The notes under the pieces are model-generated. The model did not search any database. It was given only the letters and a program-made list of their open reading frames with translations, and had not been told where the DNA came from. A stretch of 64,000 nt of DNA from Octopus vulgaris (Eukaryota). Positions 38,139 through 59,400 of the stretch are shown here, piece by piece. Position 1 is the first letter of the stretch. Every line of letters begins with the position of its first letter. A program made the position numbers and the translations under genes. Location of the stretch: NCBI GenBank assembly GCA_951406725.2, contig OX597814.1, forward strand, positions 46,376,001 through 46,440,000, given 5' to 3'.

Positions 38139-38470
38139 GCGCAGGAGTAGTTTAGCTTGCTAACCAACCACATGGTTCCGGGTTCAGTCCTACAGCGTTC
38201 CGCTTTGGGCGAGTGTCTTCTGTTATAGCCCCGGGCCGACCAAAGCATTGTAAGTGGATTTGATAGATGGAAACTGAAAGAAGCCCGTCATACATATATA
38301 TATGTTTGTGTGTGTCTGTGTTAATGTCCCCGTAACTTAGCGGTTCAGCAAAAGAGACCGATCGAATAAGTACTAGGCTTCCAAAGAATAAGTCTTGAGG
38401 TCGATTTGCTCGACTAAAGGCGGTGCTCCAGCATGGCCACAGTCAAATGACTGAAACAAGTAAAAGAGTA
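38139..38470 (+). mobile_element. tRNA-CORE SINE
   Basis: Head preceded by (TA)n, B box GGTTCAGTCC, tail GGCGGTGCTCCAGCATGGCCACAGTCAAATGACTGAAACAAGTAAAAGAGT. Confidence 0.88.
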
Positions 38471-38777
38471 AAAAAAAAAAGAATATAAAACATTTATTTA
38501 TATTCATATATTTATTCATATGAATATAAACACACACACATACATAATAGCTGTCCAATAAATTTTCATGAGTCGAAGCTTCAGTCTTGTCCAATGATAC
38601 AATGATTGTTGATTTACCTCTCTGCAGTTGGATTATTTTTTCTAAACATGAAATCATTCGGTAACATGAATTGGCTGTATTTAGACAAAGTTTATATTGC
38701 ATAAATAATAATCCATAATGTGTGTGTGTGGTATTTATATATACACATATGATAAATCTCTCTCTCTCTCTCTCTCT

Positions 38778-38922
38778 GGCTTCCGTGCCGGTGGCACGTA
38801 AAATGCACCAATCCGACCGTGGCCGTTGCCAGCCTCGCCTGGCACCTGTGCAGGTGGCATGTAAAAAGCACCCACTACACTCACGGAGTGGTTGGCATTA
38901 GGAAGGGCATCCAGCTGTAGAA
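38778..38922 (+). mobile_element. RTE 3' UTR fragment
   Basis: GTGGCACGTAAAATGCACC unit and GAGTGGTTGGCATTAGGAAGGGCATCC. Confidence 0.75.
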
Positions 38923-38984
38923 TTTATGGGAAATTTATGTAAAAATTTATGAACTACTCATATATAGAATATATATATATGATT

Positions 38985-39165
38985 CAAATTTACAGAAAAG
39001 CAAAAGATGAAAACATGGGTATAAACAACAGACAGGGGTAGTAGTTTGATGCTTTGAGAGGTGAAAAAGTCTTTTACATTTTGAGCCTATGCTCTTCAAC
39101 AGAAAGGAACACAATGAGATAAGCAGAGAGAGAATAAAAAATACTTTTGGAGTTAGTGGTCAATT
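38985..39165 (-). mobile_element. short (TA)n-flanked element with variant hammerhead motif
   Basis: Inverted homolog of 61360-61540. Reverse complement of 39071-39106 reads CTTT-CTGTTGA-a-GAGC ATAG GCTC-AAAAT-GTA-AAAG. Partial copy at 42875-42970. Confidence 0.6.
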
Positions 39166-39203
39166 GTATATGTATACATATATATACATACATCATCATC
39201 ATC

Positions 39204-39255
<52 letters not shown>

Positions 39256-39314
39256 GTATATATATATATGTATATATATATATGTATATATATATATATG
39301 TATATATATATATG

Positions 39315-39375
<61 letters not shown>

Positions 39376-39424
39376 GTATATATATATATGTATATATATA
39401 TATGTATATATATATATATGTATA

Positions 39425-39491
<67 letters not shown>

Positions 39492-39561
39492 GTATATATA
39501 TGTATATATATATATGTATATATATATATGTATATATATATATGTATATATATATATATGT

Positions 39562-39855
<294 letters not shown>

Positions 39856-39875
39856 GTATATATATATTGTATATA

Positions 39876-40210
<335 letters not shown>

Positions 40211-40211
40211 G

Positions 40212-40260
<49 letters not shown>

Positions 40261-40271
40261 GTATATATATG

Positions 40272-40425
<154 letters not shown>

Positions 40426-40454
40426 GTTATATGTGTATATATGTATATATGTGT

Positions 40455-40489
<35 letters not shown>

Positions 40490-40556
40490 ATATATATATA
40501 TATGTATATATGTATATGTATATATGTATATATATGTATATATATATGTATATATG

Positions 40557-40625
<69 letters not shown>

Positions 40626-40667
40626 GTGTATATATATATGTATATGTATATATATATATATGTATAT

Positions 40668-40715
<48 letters not shown>

Positions 40716-40730
40716 GTATATGTATATATG

Positions 40731-40912
<182 letters not shown>

Positions 40913-40915
40913 GTA

Positions 40916-41126
<211 letters not shown>

Positions 41127-41127
41127 G

Positions 41128-41324
<197 letters not shown>

Positions 41325-41333
41325 GTATATATG

Positions 41334-41382
<49 letters not shown>

Positions 41383-41387
41383 GTGTA

Positions 41388-41494
<107 letters not shown>

Positions 41495-41519
41495 GTATAT
41501 GTATATATATATATATGTG

Positions 41520-41574
<55 letters not shown>

Positions 41575-41600
41575 GTATATATATATGTATATATATATAT

Positions 41601-41796
<196 letters not shown>

Positions 41797-41797
41797 G

Positions 41798-41830
<33 letters not shown>

Positions 41831-41841
41831 GTATATATATG

Positions 41842-41906
<65 letters not shown>

Positions 41907-41935
41907 GTATATATATATATATATGTATATATATG

Positions 41936-41995
<60 letters not shown>

Positions 41996-42004
41996 ATATA
42001 TATG

Positions 42005-42036
<32 letters not shown>

Positions 42037-42060
42037 TGTATATATAATATATATGTATAT

Positions 42061-42092
<32 letters not shown>

Positions 42093-42104
42093 GTATATGT
42101 ATAT

Positions 42105-42138
<34 letters not shown>

Positions 42139-42226
42139 GTGTGTATATATATATGTATATGTATATATGTATATATATATATATATATGTGTATATATAT
42201 ATATGTATATGTATATATATATATAT

Positions 42227-42283
42227 GATTGATTGATTCCAGTTCCAGCCTATGAGCTGTGGCCATGCTGGGGCACCGCCATC
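42227..42283 (-). mobile_element. 57-bp extreme 3' end of the (TA)n-associated LINE/SINE family
   Basis: Reverse complement GGCGGTGCCCCAGCATGGCCACAGCTCATAGGCTGGAAC plus (AATC)n, with (TA)n on both sides. Confidence 0.75.
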
Positions 42284-42426
42284 TATGTATATATATATAT
42301 ATGTGTATATATATGTGTATATGTATATGTATATATATATATATGTATATATATGTGTATATGTATATGTATATATATATGTATATATATATATATATGT
42401 ATATGTATATATATATATGTATATAT

Positions 42427-42458
<32 letters not shown>

Positions 42459-42477
42459 GTATATGTATATAGATATA

Positions 42478-42570
<93 letters not shown>

Positions 42571-42578
42571 GTATATAT

Positions 42579-42612
<34 letters not shown>

Positions 42613-43071
42613 ATGTATATGTATATATATGTGTATATATATATATGTATATGTATATATGTATATGTATATATATATGTATATATATATGTATATGTAT
42701 ATGTATATATATATGTATATATATATGTATATGTATATGTATATATATATATATGTATATGTATATATATATGTATATATATATATGTATATGTATATAT
42801 ATATATATGTATATGTATATATATATGTATATGTATATATATATGTATATATATATATGTATATGTATATATAAGGAAAACTTTATGAAAATAAACAAAA
42901 GACGAAGGCAGGTGGAAAACAAACGAACAATTGTATTAGTATGGCGCTCAGGAAATATAAATAAAACAAATGTATATATATATATATGTATATGTATATA
43001 TATATATATGTATATATATATGTATATGTGTATATATATATGTATATATATATATATGTATATGTGTATAT

Positions 43072-43149
<78 letters not shown>

Positions 43150-43150
43150 G

Positions 43151-43266
<116 letters not shown>

Positions 43267-43551
43267 ATGAAATCTCTGAACGAGATATAAACAGTAACCG
43301 CTCGACAACGTAAAAGTATACTAGCCATCTCAATATGGCTAACCACTAAGGGTGGGTGTTACTGTAGCTTTTAGCCCCAGGAGATCATTGTCTCCAGCTG
43401 GCTTTAGGCACAATTTCTGTGCCCTTATGGTATTTGCAAAGGGAGGTTTACAAGAGAGGGATGTATATATATATATATATATATCCATATATATATAGTA
43501 GTTCATATATATATATATATATGTATATATATATGTGTATATATATATGTA

Positions 43552-43804
43552 TCGTGCCAGTGGCACGTAAATTGCACACAATCCGACCGTGGCCATTGCC
43601 AGCCTTGCCTGGCACCTGTGCGGGTGGGACATAAAAAGCACCCACTACACTCAAGGAGTGGTTGGCGTTAGGAAGAGCATCCAGCTGTAGAAGCATTGCC
43701 AGATAAGACTGGAGCCTGGTGCAGCCTTCTGGCTTCCCAGATCCCCGGTCGAGCCGTTCAACCCATGCTAGCATGGAGAACGGACGTTAAACGATGATGA
43801 TGAT

Positions 43805-43805
<1 letters not shown>
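43552..43805 (+). mobile_element. RTE 3' end within (TA)n
   Basis: Tandem unit, GAGTGGTTGGCGTTAGGAAG and (GAT)n tail. Confidence 0.85.
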
Positions 43806-43902
<97 letters not shown>

Positions 43903-43917
43903 GTATATATATATATG

Positions 43918-44020
<103 letters not shown>

Positions 44021-44033
44021 GTATATATATATG

Positions 44034-44308
<275 letters not shown>

Positions 44309-44347
44309 GTATATATATGTATATATATATGTATATATATGTATATA

Positions 44348-44402
<55 letters not shown>

Positions 44403-44535
44403 GTATATATGTATATATATGTATATATATATGTATATATATGTATATATATGTATATATATGTATATATATATATATATGTATATATATATGTATATAT
44501 ATATGTATATATATATGTATATATATGTATATATG

Positions 44536-44578
<43 letters not shown>

Positions 44579-44669
44579 GTATATATATATATATGTATAT
44601 ATATGTATATATATATGTATATATATATATGTATATATATATGTATATATATATATGTATATATATATG

Positions 44670-44750
<81 letters not shown>

Positions 44751-44763
44751 GTATATATATATG

Positions 44764-44794
<31 letters not shown>

Positions 44795-44799
44795 GTATA

Positions 44800-44872
<73 letters not shown>

Positions 44873-44893
44873 GTGTATATATATAGGTATATA

Positions 44894-45076
<183 letters not shown>

Positions 45077-45089
45077 GTATATATATATG

Positions 45090-45358
<269 letters not shown>

Positions 45359-45403
45359 GTATATATATGTATATATATATATATATATATGTATATGTAT
45401 ATA

Positions 45404-45446
<43 letters not shown>

Positions 45447-45557
45447 GTATATGTATATATATATATATGTATATATATATGTATATATATATATATGTAT
45501 ATATATATGTATATATATATATATGTATATATATATGTATATATATATATATGTATA

Positions 45558-45652
<95 letters not shown>

Positions 45653-45759
45653 GTATATATATATATATGTATATATATGTATATATATATATATATATGT
45701 ATATATATGTATATATATGTATATATATGTATATATATATGTATATATATATGTATATA

Positions 45760-45844
<85 letters not shown>

Positions 45845-45911
45845 GTATATGTATATATATATGTATATATATATGTATATATATATGTATATGTATATAT
45901 GTATATATATG

Positions 45912-45946
<35 letters not shown>

Positions 45947-45957
45947 GTATATATATG

Positions 45958-46016
<59 letters not shown>

Positions 46017-46029
46017 ATGTATATATATG

Positions 46030-46078
<49 letters not shown>

Positions 46079-46146
46079 GTATATATATGTATATATATAT
46101 ATATGTATATATATATGTATATATGTATATGTATATATATATGTAT

Positions 46147-46192
<46 letters not shown>

Positions 46193-46241
46193 GTATATGT
46201 ATATATATATGTATATGTATATATATATGTATATGTATATA

Positions 46242-46374
<133 letters not shown>

Positions 46375-46403
46375 GTATATATATATATGTGTATATATAT
46401 ATG

Positions 46404-46476
<73 letters not shown>

Positions 46477-46505
46477 GTATATATATATATGTATATATAT
46501 ATATG

Positions 46506-46728
<223 letters not shown>

Positions 46729-46731
46729 GTG

Positions 46732-46882
<151 letters not shown>

Positions 46883-46947
46883 GTATATATATATATATAT
46901 ATACATATATATATACATATATACATATATGTATGTACATATATATG

Positions 46948-47004
<57 letters not shown>

Positions 47005-47009
47005 GTATG

Positions 47010-47078
<69 letters not shown>

Positions 47079-47080
47079 AC

Positions 47081-47130
<50 letters not shown>

Positions 47131-47177
47131 GTATGTATATATGTATACATATATACATATATACATATATATATATG

Positions 47178-47224
<47 letters not shown>

Positions 47225-47292
47225 GTATATATGTATATATATATGTATATATGTATATATATATGTATATGTATACATATATACATATATAT

Positions 47293-47816
<524 letters not shown>

Positions 47817-47867
47817 TCTATATATATATGTATATATATATTATATATATATATATATATGTATACT

Positions 47868-51239
<3,372 letters not shown>

Positions 51240-51247
51240 TATATATG

Positions 51248-51278
<31 letters not shown>

Positions 51279-51385
51279 TGATATAACGGTAAGATAACAA
51301 AAGATATATATATACCTATATATATATATATAAATATATATATATATAATACATATATATATATAATATATATATATATATATAC

Positions 51386-51552
<167 letters not shown>

Positions 51553-51564
51553 TATATATGGACG

Positions 51565-51622
<58 letters not shown>

Positions 51623-51661
51623 CAAACCCGTATATATATGTATATATATATAAATATATAT

Positions 51662-54600
51662 ATGGTTTTTCTTTTAATATCCTCAAACAACCAAATAATC
51701 AAAAACTCACACCCTTAAGAGAGAACATTTATATATATATACACTTCTTTAACTCCCAAGAAAGAATATATATATTTTCAAAAATCAAAAGGAAAACAAA
51801 CAAAAGAAAAACAAACATGACTAACTTGCAGGCCTGCAACAGACGAAATTGGTCTGATAACGAAATTGATGTTTTAATAAACACATGGCTCTCTCTTTCC
51901 CAAACAGAAAATCTAAATGTCTTGTGTTTGAATGAGATTGCCGAAAAAACATCACAAGTGGTCAACACACGATCCGTCAAACAGATTCGTAGCAAGTTGA
52001 AACATATCAAGTATCTTTCAAACTGATAAGAGGCCATTATGAAAAGCTTCTACATATTTTCACAGTTCAAGAACAACAACAGCTAGAAAAATCAGCAGCC
52101 ACAACAACAACAACAACAGAATGAGCCACTCCTGGTTCCCAACACAATGGCTGACCCTGACATCGGTCAGTCACAACAACAACAACAACAACAGCCACAG
52201 CAACAAGAACAACAACAGCCACTCCTCAACTCTAGCTTACTAGACGATTCACTAAATGCCAGTATCTTTTCACCGCTCTCACAGCAACCACCACAATTAT
52301 CATCATCATCATCACCACCGCTGCCACCATCGTCTTATATCACCAAAAATACCAACAGAAAACCAAATAAGAAACCACTGCCCCTTCCCCCACATCACCC
52401 CCTCAATACTACTGCAGTAACAAAAACTTAAAGAAACATAGGAAGCAGAATGCGCCCCACGGCACAAACAAGAAATCCCCAAATATGCCGCTATTCACTG
52501 CGCCAGAGACTCTGCACAAATAGTGACTGCATCTTCACGCATCTGGCCCGGCACTAGACGCACTACTGGCCAAGGCCAAAGCACGCATCCCACAATAACA
52601 TCAACACCACCAAATAGTAAATCGAAATTCAAAACACACACAACTCGGAGTCCCAAAATCTGCCGGTATTCCCAACGTGAGAGAACATGTCTACTGAGTG
52701 ACTGTCCCTTCACTCATCTTCCAGGGACCCGACGCACAAACAGAAACGGGGCCTCAAGCCAACACACAAACCTGAATAACAATAAAAATAGAAACACACC
52801 ATGCTGCAGTAATGCTGGTCCAGTCTTTTCAGGAAGACACAAAACAACAACAACAAAAGTGGAAACTACAACCCTATCCAACAGTGCAACCACACCTCCA
52901 GCCAAAAACTGCTCCCTAAGCAGGAAAATTCTTTTTTTTTAGCCATGTTGAACATGGCAAAAGAGATACACAAAAACATTCTAGCCATCACTCAACACCA
53001 TCCTATGCTATTACCCCAGTGCACCAATTCCCCACATTGCTGCCACTAACACACACAAAAAAATCCAAGCCCCCTGCAACAGTCAAAACCAGCCACTACA
53101 CTAACCTCCACATTCCTACTCAATGCACAAGGTGTCAGCCCCCTTCCATCAATGCACAAAAATGGAAGGTCCAATTCATTGAAGACTGGGTTGGTAACCA
53201 TTCACACCACATCCCTTTCTTCATTCTCACTGAGACCCACCTTGACAACTCCCACTTGGAAGCCGAAGTGAGAGTGAAGAATTTCACAACCATCCGCGCG
53301 GATCGTATCGGCAGGAGGAAGGGTGGAACTGCCATTTTCCTGCATGATTCATTTACGGCAGATGGAAATAGTATATTCTCCAACGGCTACTGTGAATCAG
53401 TCACCGTGCACAACAAAGCCAATGATCTGACAGTAATTGGGCTCTATAGGCCGCCCCAAACACCCATACTGTGCTTTAAAGAATGCCTCAACAGCATTAA
53501 GTGCTTTATTCAACAGTGCCATTCTAGCAACATACTCATGATGGGAGACTTCAATCTACCCTGTGTTGACTGGACTACAAACTGTTTGAAACCAAGCACT
53601 CCCCGCCTCAACCGCTGACAAAGAAGCAGCAGAGTCACTTTTCGACTTTACGAATGAGTTTTTCTTGTCCCAACTTGTCCTTGCACCAACAAGACATCAG
53701 AACATTTTGGACCTAGTGTTTAGTAACCACACTAACACTATACATAACGTTACAGTGGAAAAAACCCTTCTTTCAGACCATGACATGGTTCTCTGTAACA
53801 TGAAATTCCACCAGCCGAAAGCTAATCCTAGTGACCTTCCTCCAGCCCACCCATTTGACAACATGGATCTCCATAAAGCCAACTGGGATGCAATCAGGAA
53901 CGAGCTATCAAATGTTGACTGGTCCTTTACATACACACATCTCCACCAACCATAAAACATCTTGGCAGATCTTTGTAGACACCGTCACAGACATATGTGC
54001 AAAACACTCCCCACCAAGACCTGTGAACAAAAAGTGCAGAATCCCCCAAAACAGAAAAACCATTATCAGAAAAATAAAAAGAACAAACAAAAAAATTAAC
54101 AAACTAAAGTACTGCCAACAGCAACACACACATTCGACGGCTATCGCACTGCTTGAATCCAAAAATATAACCTCCAACAATGCATGAAGTCCCTCATCAA
54201 TAACCAAAGATCAGCTGAGGAGAAGTGGGCCATTGAAAAAATCAAACTCAACCCCAAAGTGTTCTTTTCATTTGCGAGGAAACGCAGGGTCACTGTCTCC
54301 ACTGTAGGCCCTCTAATTGACGAAACTGGCACTCTCCAAGATAATGCCAAATCCATGGCCGAGATACTGCAGAAACAATACTGCAGCAATCTGATATGGC
54401 CGATCTGGGCTTATCAGCTATATCTGTTTAGTGCCCCTGAGTCTTAGCGGCGAAAAACGAAATAAAACTCACTGGCCCCGATAGGTTCCCTGGCTGATAT
54501 TGCCTCCCCTTGCTAATCTGTGGAGAAACTCACTGGATGCTGGCTATATTCCCAGTCTGTTGTCCCAGTTTTCAAAAAGGGAAACAAGTCCCTTGCAGTG

Positions 54601-56064
54601 AATTACCGTCCGATCTCACTTACCTCTCATATCATCAAGGTATTTGAGAGGGTGGTGAGATCTCGAATAACCCAATTCCTGGAAAGCAACAGACGGCTGA
54701 TCTCCAACCAACATGGGTTCCGTAATGGAAGGGACTGCCTAACGCAGCTCCTGCATCACTTTGAGGACATTTTGAGAGCTTTGGGAGAGGGCTCCATCAC
54801 CGATGTCATCTACCTTGATTTCAGTAAGGCCTTCGACAGGGTCGATCACAAGATCCTATTGAAAAAACTATCCAACATTGGTGTCTCTGGAAAGTTACTG
54901 AAATGGATTAAGTGTTTCCTGACAGACAGATCTCAACATGTTGTAGTTGAAGGGGTAAAATCAAGCCCAGCCAAAGTCAGTAGTGGCGTTCCGCAAGGCA
55001 CTGTGCTGGGCACACTTCTTTTCCTCATTTACATTAATGACATTAATGACATCATCAAGCACAGCAACATAAAAATCTTTGCAGATGACTCCAAGCTACA
55101 GAAGGTCATAAATGAGGCGAGTGACCGGACATGCCTTCAGTAAGATCTACTGGCTGTTATCCAATGGGCAGAAAAAAACAATATGCTGCTGAACGAGGAT
55201 AAATTTGAGCTAATCCACTTTGGAAAAGAGGATGCCCTGAAACTCCCATACTCCCTTCCTTCAGGTGAAACTCTCGCGGCGTCCAACAACATCAGAGACT
55301 TGGGAGTAATTGTGGACAACAACGTAAGCTGGGCCACTCATATAAACACCAAAGTTGACATGGCCCGCAGAATGTGTTCCTGGATTCTCAGAACTTTCCA
55401 GTCGAGAGATATCCACACCATTATCCTTCTCTTCTCCACTTTTGCCCGACCCCACCTTGAATACTGTTGTCCACTGTGGTCTCCCCACACAATACAAGGT
55501 ATCATAAAAGTTGAAGCACCTCAAAGGGCAATCACAAAAAAGATAGATGGCATGACAGGCCTCGACTATTGGGGTCGGCTAGAAAAGCTAAAACTCTATT
55601 CTCTCCAACGTCGTCGTGAGCGCTACACCATCTGCATGATGTGGAAAATATTCCATCAGCATTGCCCAAATGATGTTGGCATCACCTTTAAGGTACATCC
55701 AAGGCTTGGGCCCCGAGCCATCCGCCCAAAACAAAAATCGCACTCTCATCTCATAACAACAATACGGCACAATTATTTCACCTCAATTGGCCCCGCTCTC
55801 TTTAACATTACACCAAAACACATTAAAACAGAAACTGACCCTATAGGGTTCAAGAAGTCTTTGGACAGATTCCTTCAAGATTTCCCGGATAAACCCCCTA
55901 CACCCGGATATGTCTCTGTAAACAATAACTCTCTACTTGAGTGGGCCATAGTGCCCAAATTCTGACTTGAAAGACTTCACCAGGTGGTGCTATTAAGTTA
56001 GACATGGCCTGGGCCAATAATGGCCGAAACCTATCAAAGTATCAAAGTATCAAAGTATCAAAGT
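51662..56064 (+). mobile_element. near full-length CR1/L2-group LINE (copy C): ORF1 with Myb/SANT-like domain and 2 CCCH fingers; ORF2 APE-RT; frameshifted
   Basis: ORF1 from ATG 51817. APE motifs LTETHL, GLYRPP, MGDFNLP, NILDLVFSN, LSDH (53130-53800). RT NYRPISLTSH, QHGFR, LDFSKAFD, GVPQG, FADD (54550-55140). C-terminus YSLQRRRERY to 55965. (TATCAAAG)4 tail; (TA)n on both sides. Confidence 0.92.
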
Positions 56065-56276
56065 ATACATATACATATATATATACATATATATACACAT
56101 ACATATATATACATATACATATATATACATACATATATATATACATACATATATATATACATACATATATATATACATACATATATATATATATACATAT
56201 ATATATACATACATATATATATATACATACATATATATATACATACATATATATATATATACATATATATATATAC

Positions 56277-56310
<34 letters not shown>

Positions 56311-56410
56311 NNNNNNNNNNNNNNNNNNNNNNNNNNNNNNNNNNNNNNNNNNNNNNNNNNNNNNNNNNNNNNNNNNNNNNNNNNNNNNNNNNNNNNNNNN
56401 NNNNNNNNNN
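56311..56410. other. assembly gap (100 N)
   Basis: Run of N. Confidence 1.
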
Positions 56411-56459
56411 TATATGTATATGTATATGTATATATATATGTATATGTATATATATACGT

Positions 56460-56935
56460 AGATATCAGAAAGCAGAACCAAAATCGAAGCCGATCAACAT
56501 CAATGGAAATTGCAGCTGTGATACCTGTGCCGGTGACAAGTAAGCGAACCATCCGATCGTGGCCTTTGCCAGCGCTGCCCCGACTGGCCTCTGTGCTGGT
56601 GGCACGTAAAAAGCACCATCCGTTCATGGCCGTTGCCAGCTTCGCCTGGCCTCCGTGCCGGTGGCACATAAAAAGCACCATCCGTTCGTGGTCGTTGGCA
56701 GCCTCGCCTGGCCCCTGTGCCGGTGGCACGTAAAAAGCACCATCCGTCCCTGGCCGTCTGGCACCTAAAAAGCACCCACTACAGTTTCGGAGTGGTTGGC
56801 ATTAGGAAGGGCATCCAGCCGTAGAAACACTGCCAGATCAGACTGGGCCTGAAGCAGCCTTCTGGCTTCACAGACCCCAGTTGAACTGTCCAACCAATGC
56901 TAGCATGGAAAGCGGACGTTAAATGATGATGATGA
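56460..56935 (+). mobile_element. RTE 3' UTR with tandem units, CpG-intact
   Basis: Colinear with 16895-17394; (GAT)n tail. Confidence 0.88.
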
Positions 56936-57254
56936 TATATATACATGTATATATATATATATATATACATGTAGACCTACCATAAAGGGCTAATATTGGT
57001 AAAATGAGACATATCTACATGGCCGAAACAGCTGTAAGATGTAATCTATACTTATATTTATATTCTCTTTTATATATATTCTACTTATTATACAACATTA
57101 CTTTTTATGTACATTCCTTGATGTACACTGATTTGTTTTGCTTTTTATATGTAACCCTACAGTCTCTATGTGGTGGTTTAATAAAGTATGTGATTGAGTA
57201 TTATCTGGTAATTGATATTTAATTTAGATGTATTTCTCCATTTTCTTATCTTGT

Positions 57255-57258
57255 ATAC

Positions 57259-57324
<66 letters not shown>

Positions 57325-57633
57325 ATATACATGTATATATATATACATGTATATATATATTAATATATATATATATATGTATATATACATGTATATATAT
57401 ATATACATGTATATATATATACATGTATATATATATACATGTATATATATATACATGTATATATACATGTATATATATATATGTATATATACATGTATGT
57501 ATATATACATGTATATATACATGTATGTATATATTATATACATGTATATATATATATATATATACATGTATGTATATATATATATATATATATACATGTA
57601 TATATACATATATACACACACACACATGTATGT

Positions 57634-57665
<32 letters not shown>

Positions 57666-57790
57666 ATATATATATACATGTATATATATATATACATGTA
57701 TATATATATACATACATATATATATATATACATGTATATATATATATATACATGTATATATATATACACACATATATATATATATACATG

Positions 57791-57824
<34 letters not shown>

Positions 57825-57839
57825 CATGTATATATATAT

Positions 57840-57877
<38 letters not shown>

Positions 57878-58154
57878 ATATATATACATGTATATATACA
57901 TGTATATATATATATACATGTATATATATACATGTATATATACATGTATATATATATACATGTATATATATATATATGTATATATACATGTATGTATATA
58001 TATATATATGTATATATATATATGTATGTATATATACATGTATATACATGTATATATATATATATACATGTATATATATATATATACATGTATATATATA
58101 TATATATACATGTATATATATATATATACATGTATATATATATATATATACATG

Positions 58155-58192
<38 letters not shown>

Positions 58193-58268
58193 CATGTATA
58201 TATATATATATACATGTATATATATATATATATACATGTATATATATATATATACATGTATATATATA
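57255..58268. repeat. (TA)n array with recurrent palindromic TACATGTA units
   Basis: Direct reading. Confidence 0.9.
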
Positions 58269-58534
58269 TTTATATATAAAAAAGGAAATGAAGAAAATGC
58301 TGACAAATAATTGAAGTAATTTAAGTAATTTAATTAGGTGAAAGTTCTTTTTACCGGTTGCGCATTTGTTATGCTTATCAAAATATATATGTATATATAT
58401 ACATATATATAATACCTGTACATCATCTCCAAACCCAATCTATCTATCTATCCATCTATCTATATTTATATATGTACGAATATATTATGTGCCGGTGGCA
58501 CGTAAAAAGTCCAGTGTAATCCAATTTTACCCTG

Positions 58535-59400
58535 GTGTTTGAGTGCCCGAAATTCTTGTAGCATTGAACTACATGTTATTTTTGTTAGCCCAATTGTAGA
58601 TGTCGTTCAGGTCTTTCTACAGTTATATGATGTTCTTTGGGTCCCTAACTGCCTTCGATACTTTTGTGTCATCAGCATAACAGTTTAGATTGGCTGACTG
58701 TACTGTGGAGGGCATGTCTGAGAGGGCCACCACAAATAGTAGTGGCCCCAAGTACAGTTCATTGTGGGACTCCGCTGAGAATTTGTGTCTCTACAACAGT
58801 CTGACTCCTGCCCTTCAGAAAATCATGCAGCCACTCCAAGTTCCCAGTAATACCAAGGTTTCGTAGCTTGTGATATATTATGCCATGATCAACCTTGTTG
58901 AATGCCTTGGCAAAATCAAGGGATATCATGTCTACAGCTGACTGGTTTAGCTGTTGCTTCAGAACCCAGTCAAAGTGTTGCAGCAACTATGTAAGGCAGC
59001 TCCCCCCTGGGCGGAAGCCATGTTGCATGTTTGTGAGAAAGTTGTTTTCTTCTAGAAACGTGATCAGCCTTTTTCTGACAGTGTGTTCCATCATCTTGCT
59101 AAATGTGAGGTCAGAGAGACGGGCCTGTAGTTTTTAGCATCTGCTCTGCTCCCTCCTTTATGGACAGGGCATATTATACCCTGTTGTAGCATGTTGGGAA
59201 GTTTATCACATGTAAGGAAACTCTGAAAGAGTATCTGCAGTGGCTTTGCAAGAGCCTTTTTCCATGTCTTTAAGAGAGCAGCTGGGACATCTGCATCTGC
59301 CCCATGCAGGTCTCTCAGGTCCTTCGGGAGGATATTGAAGAGCTGTGGACCTCTGAAGCCTAGGCTATCACAGTATCTTGTCCTACATCTTGATGGCAGA
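58535..59400 (-). mobile_element. rearranged CR1/L2-group LINE fragments (copies D/E)
   Basis: KALAKPLQILF...[22 protein letters not shown] and YADD (58535-59283), joined to a C-terminal piece [19 protein letters not shown] (59284-59400). Confidence 0.85.
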
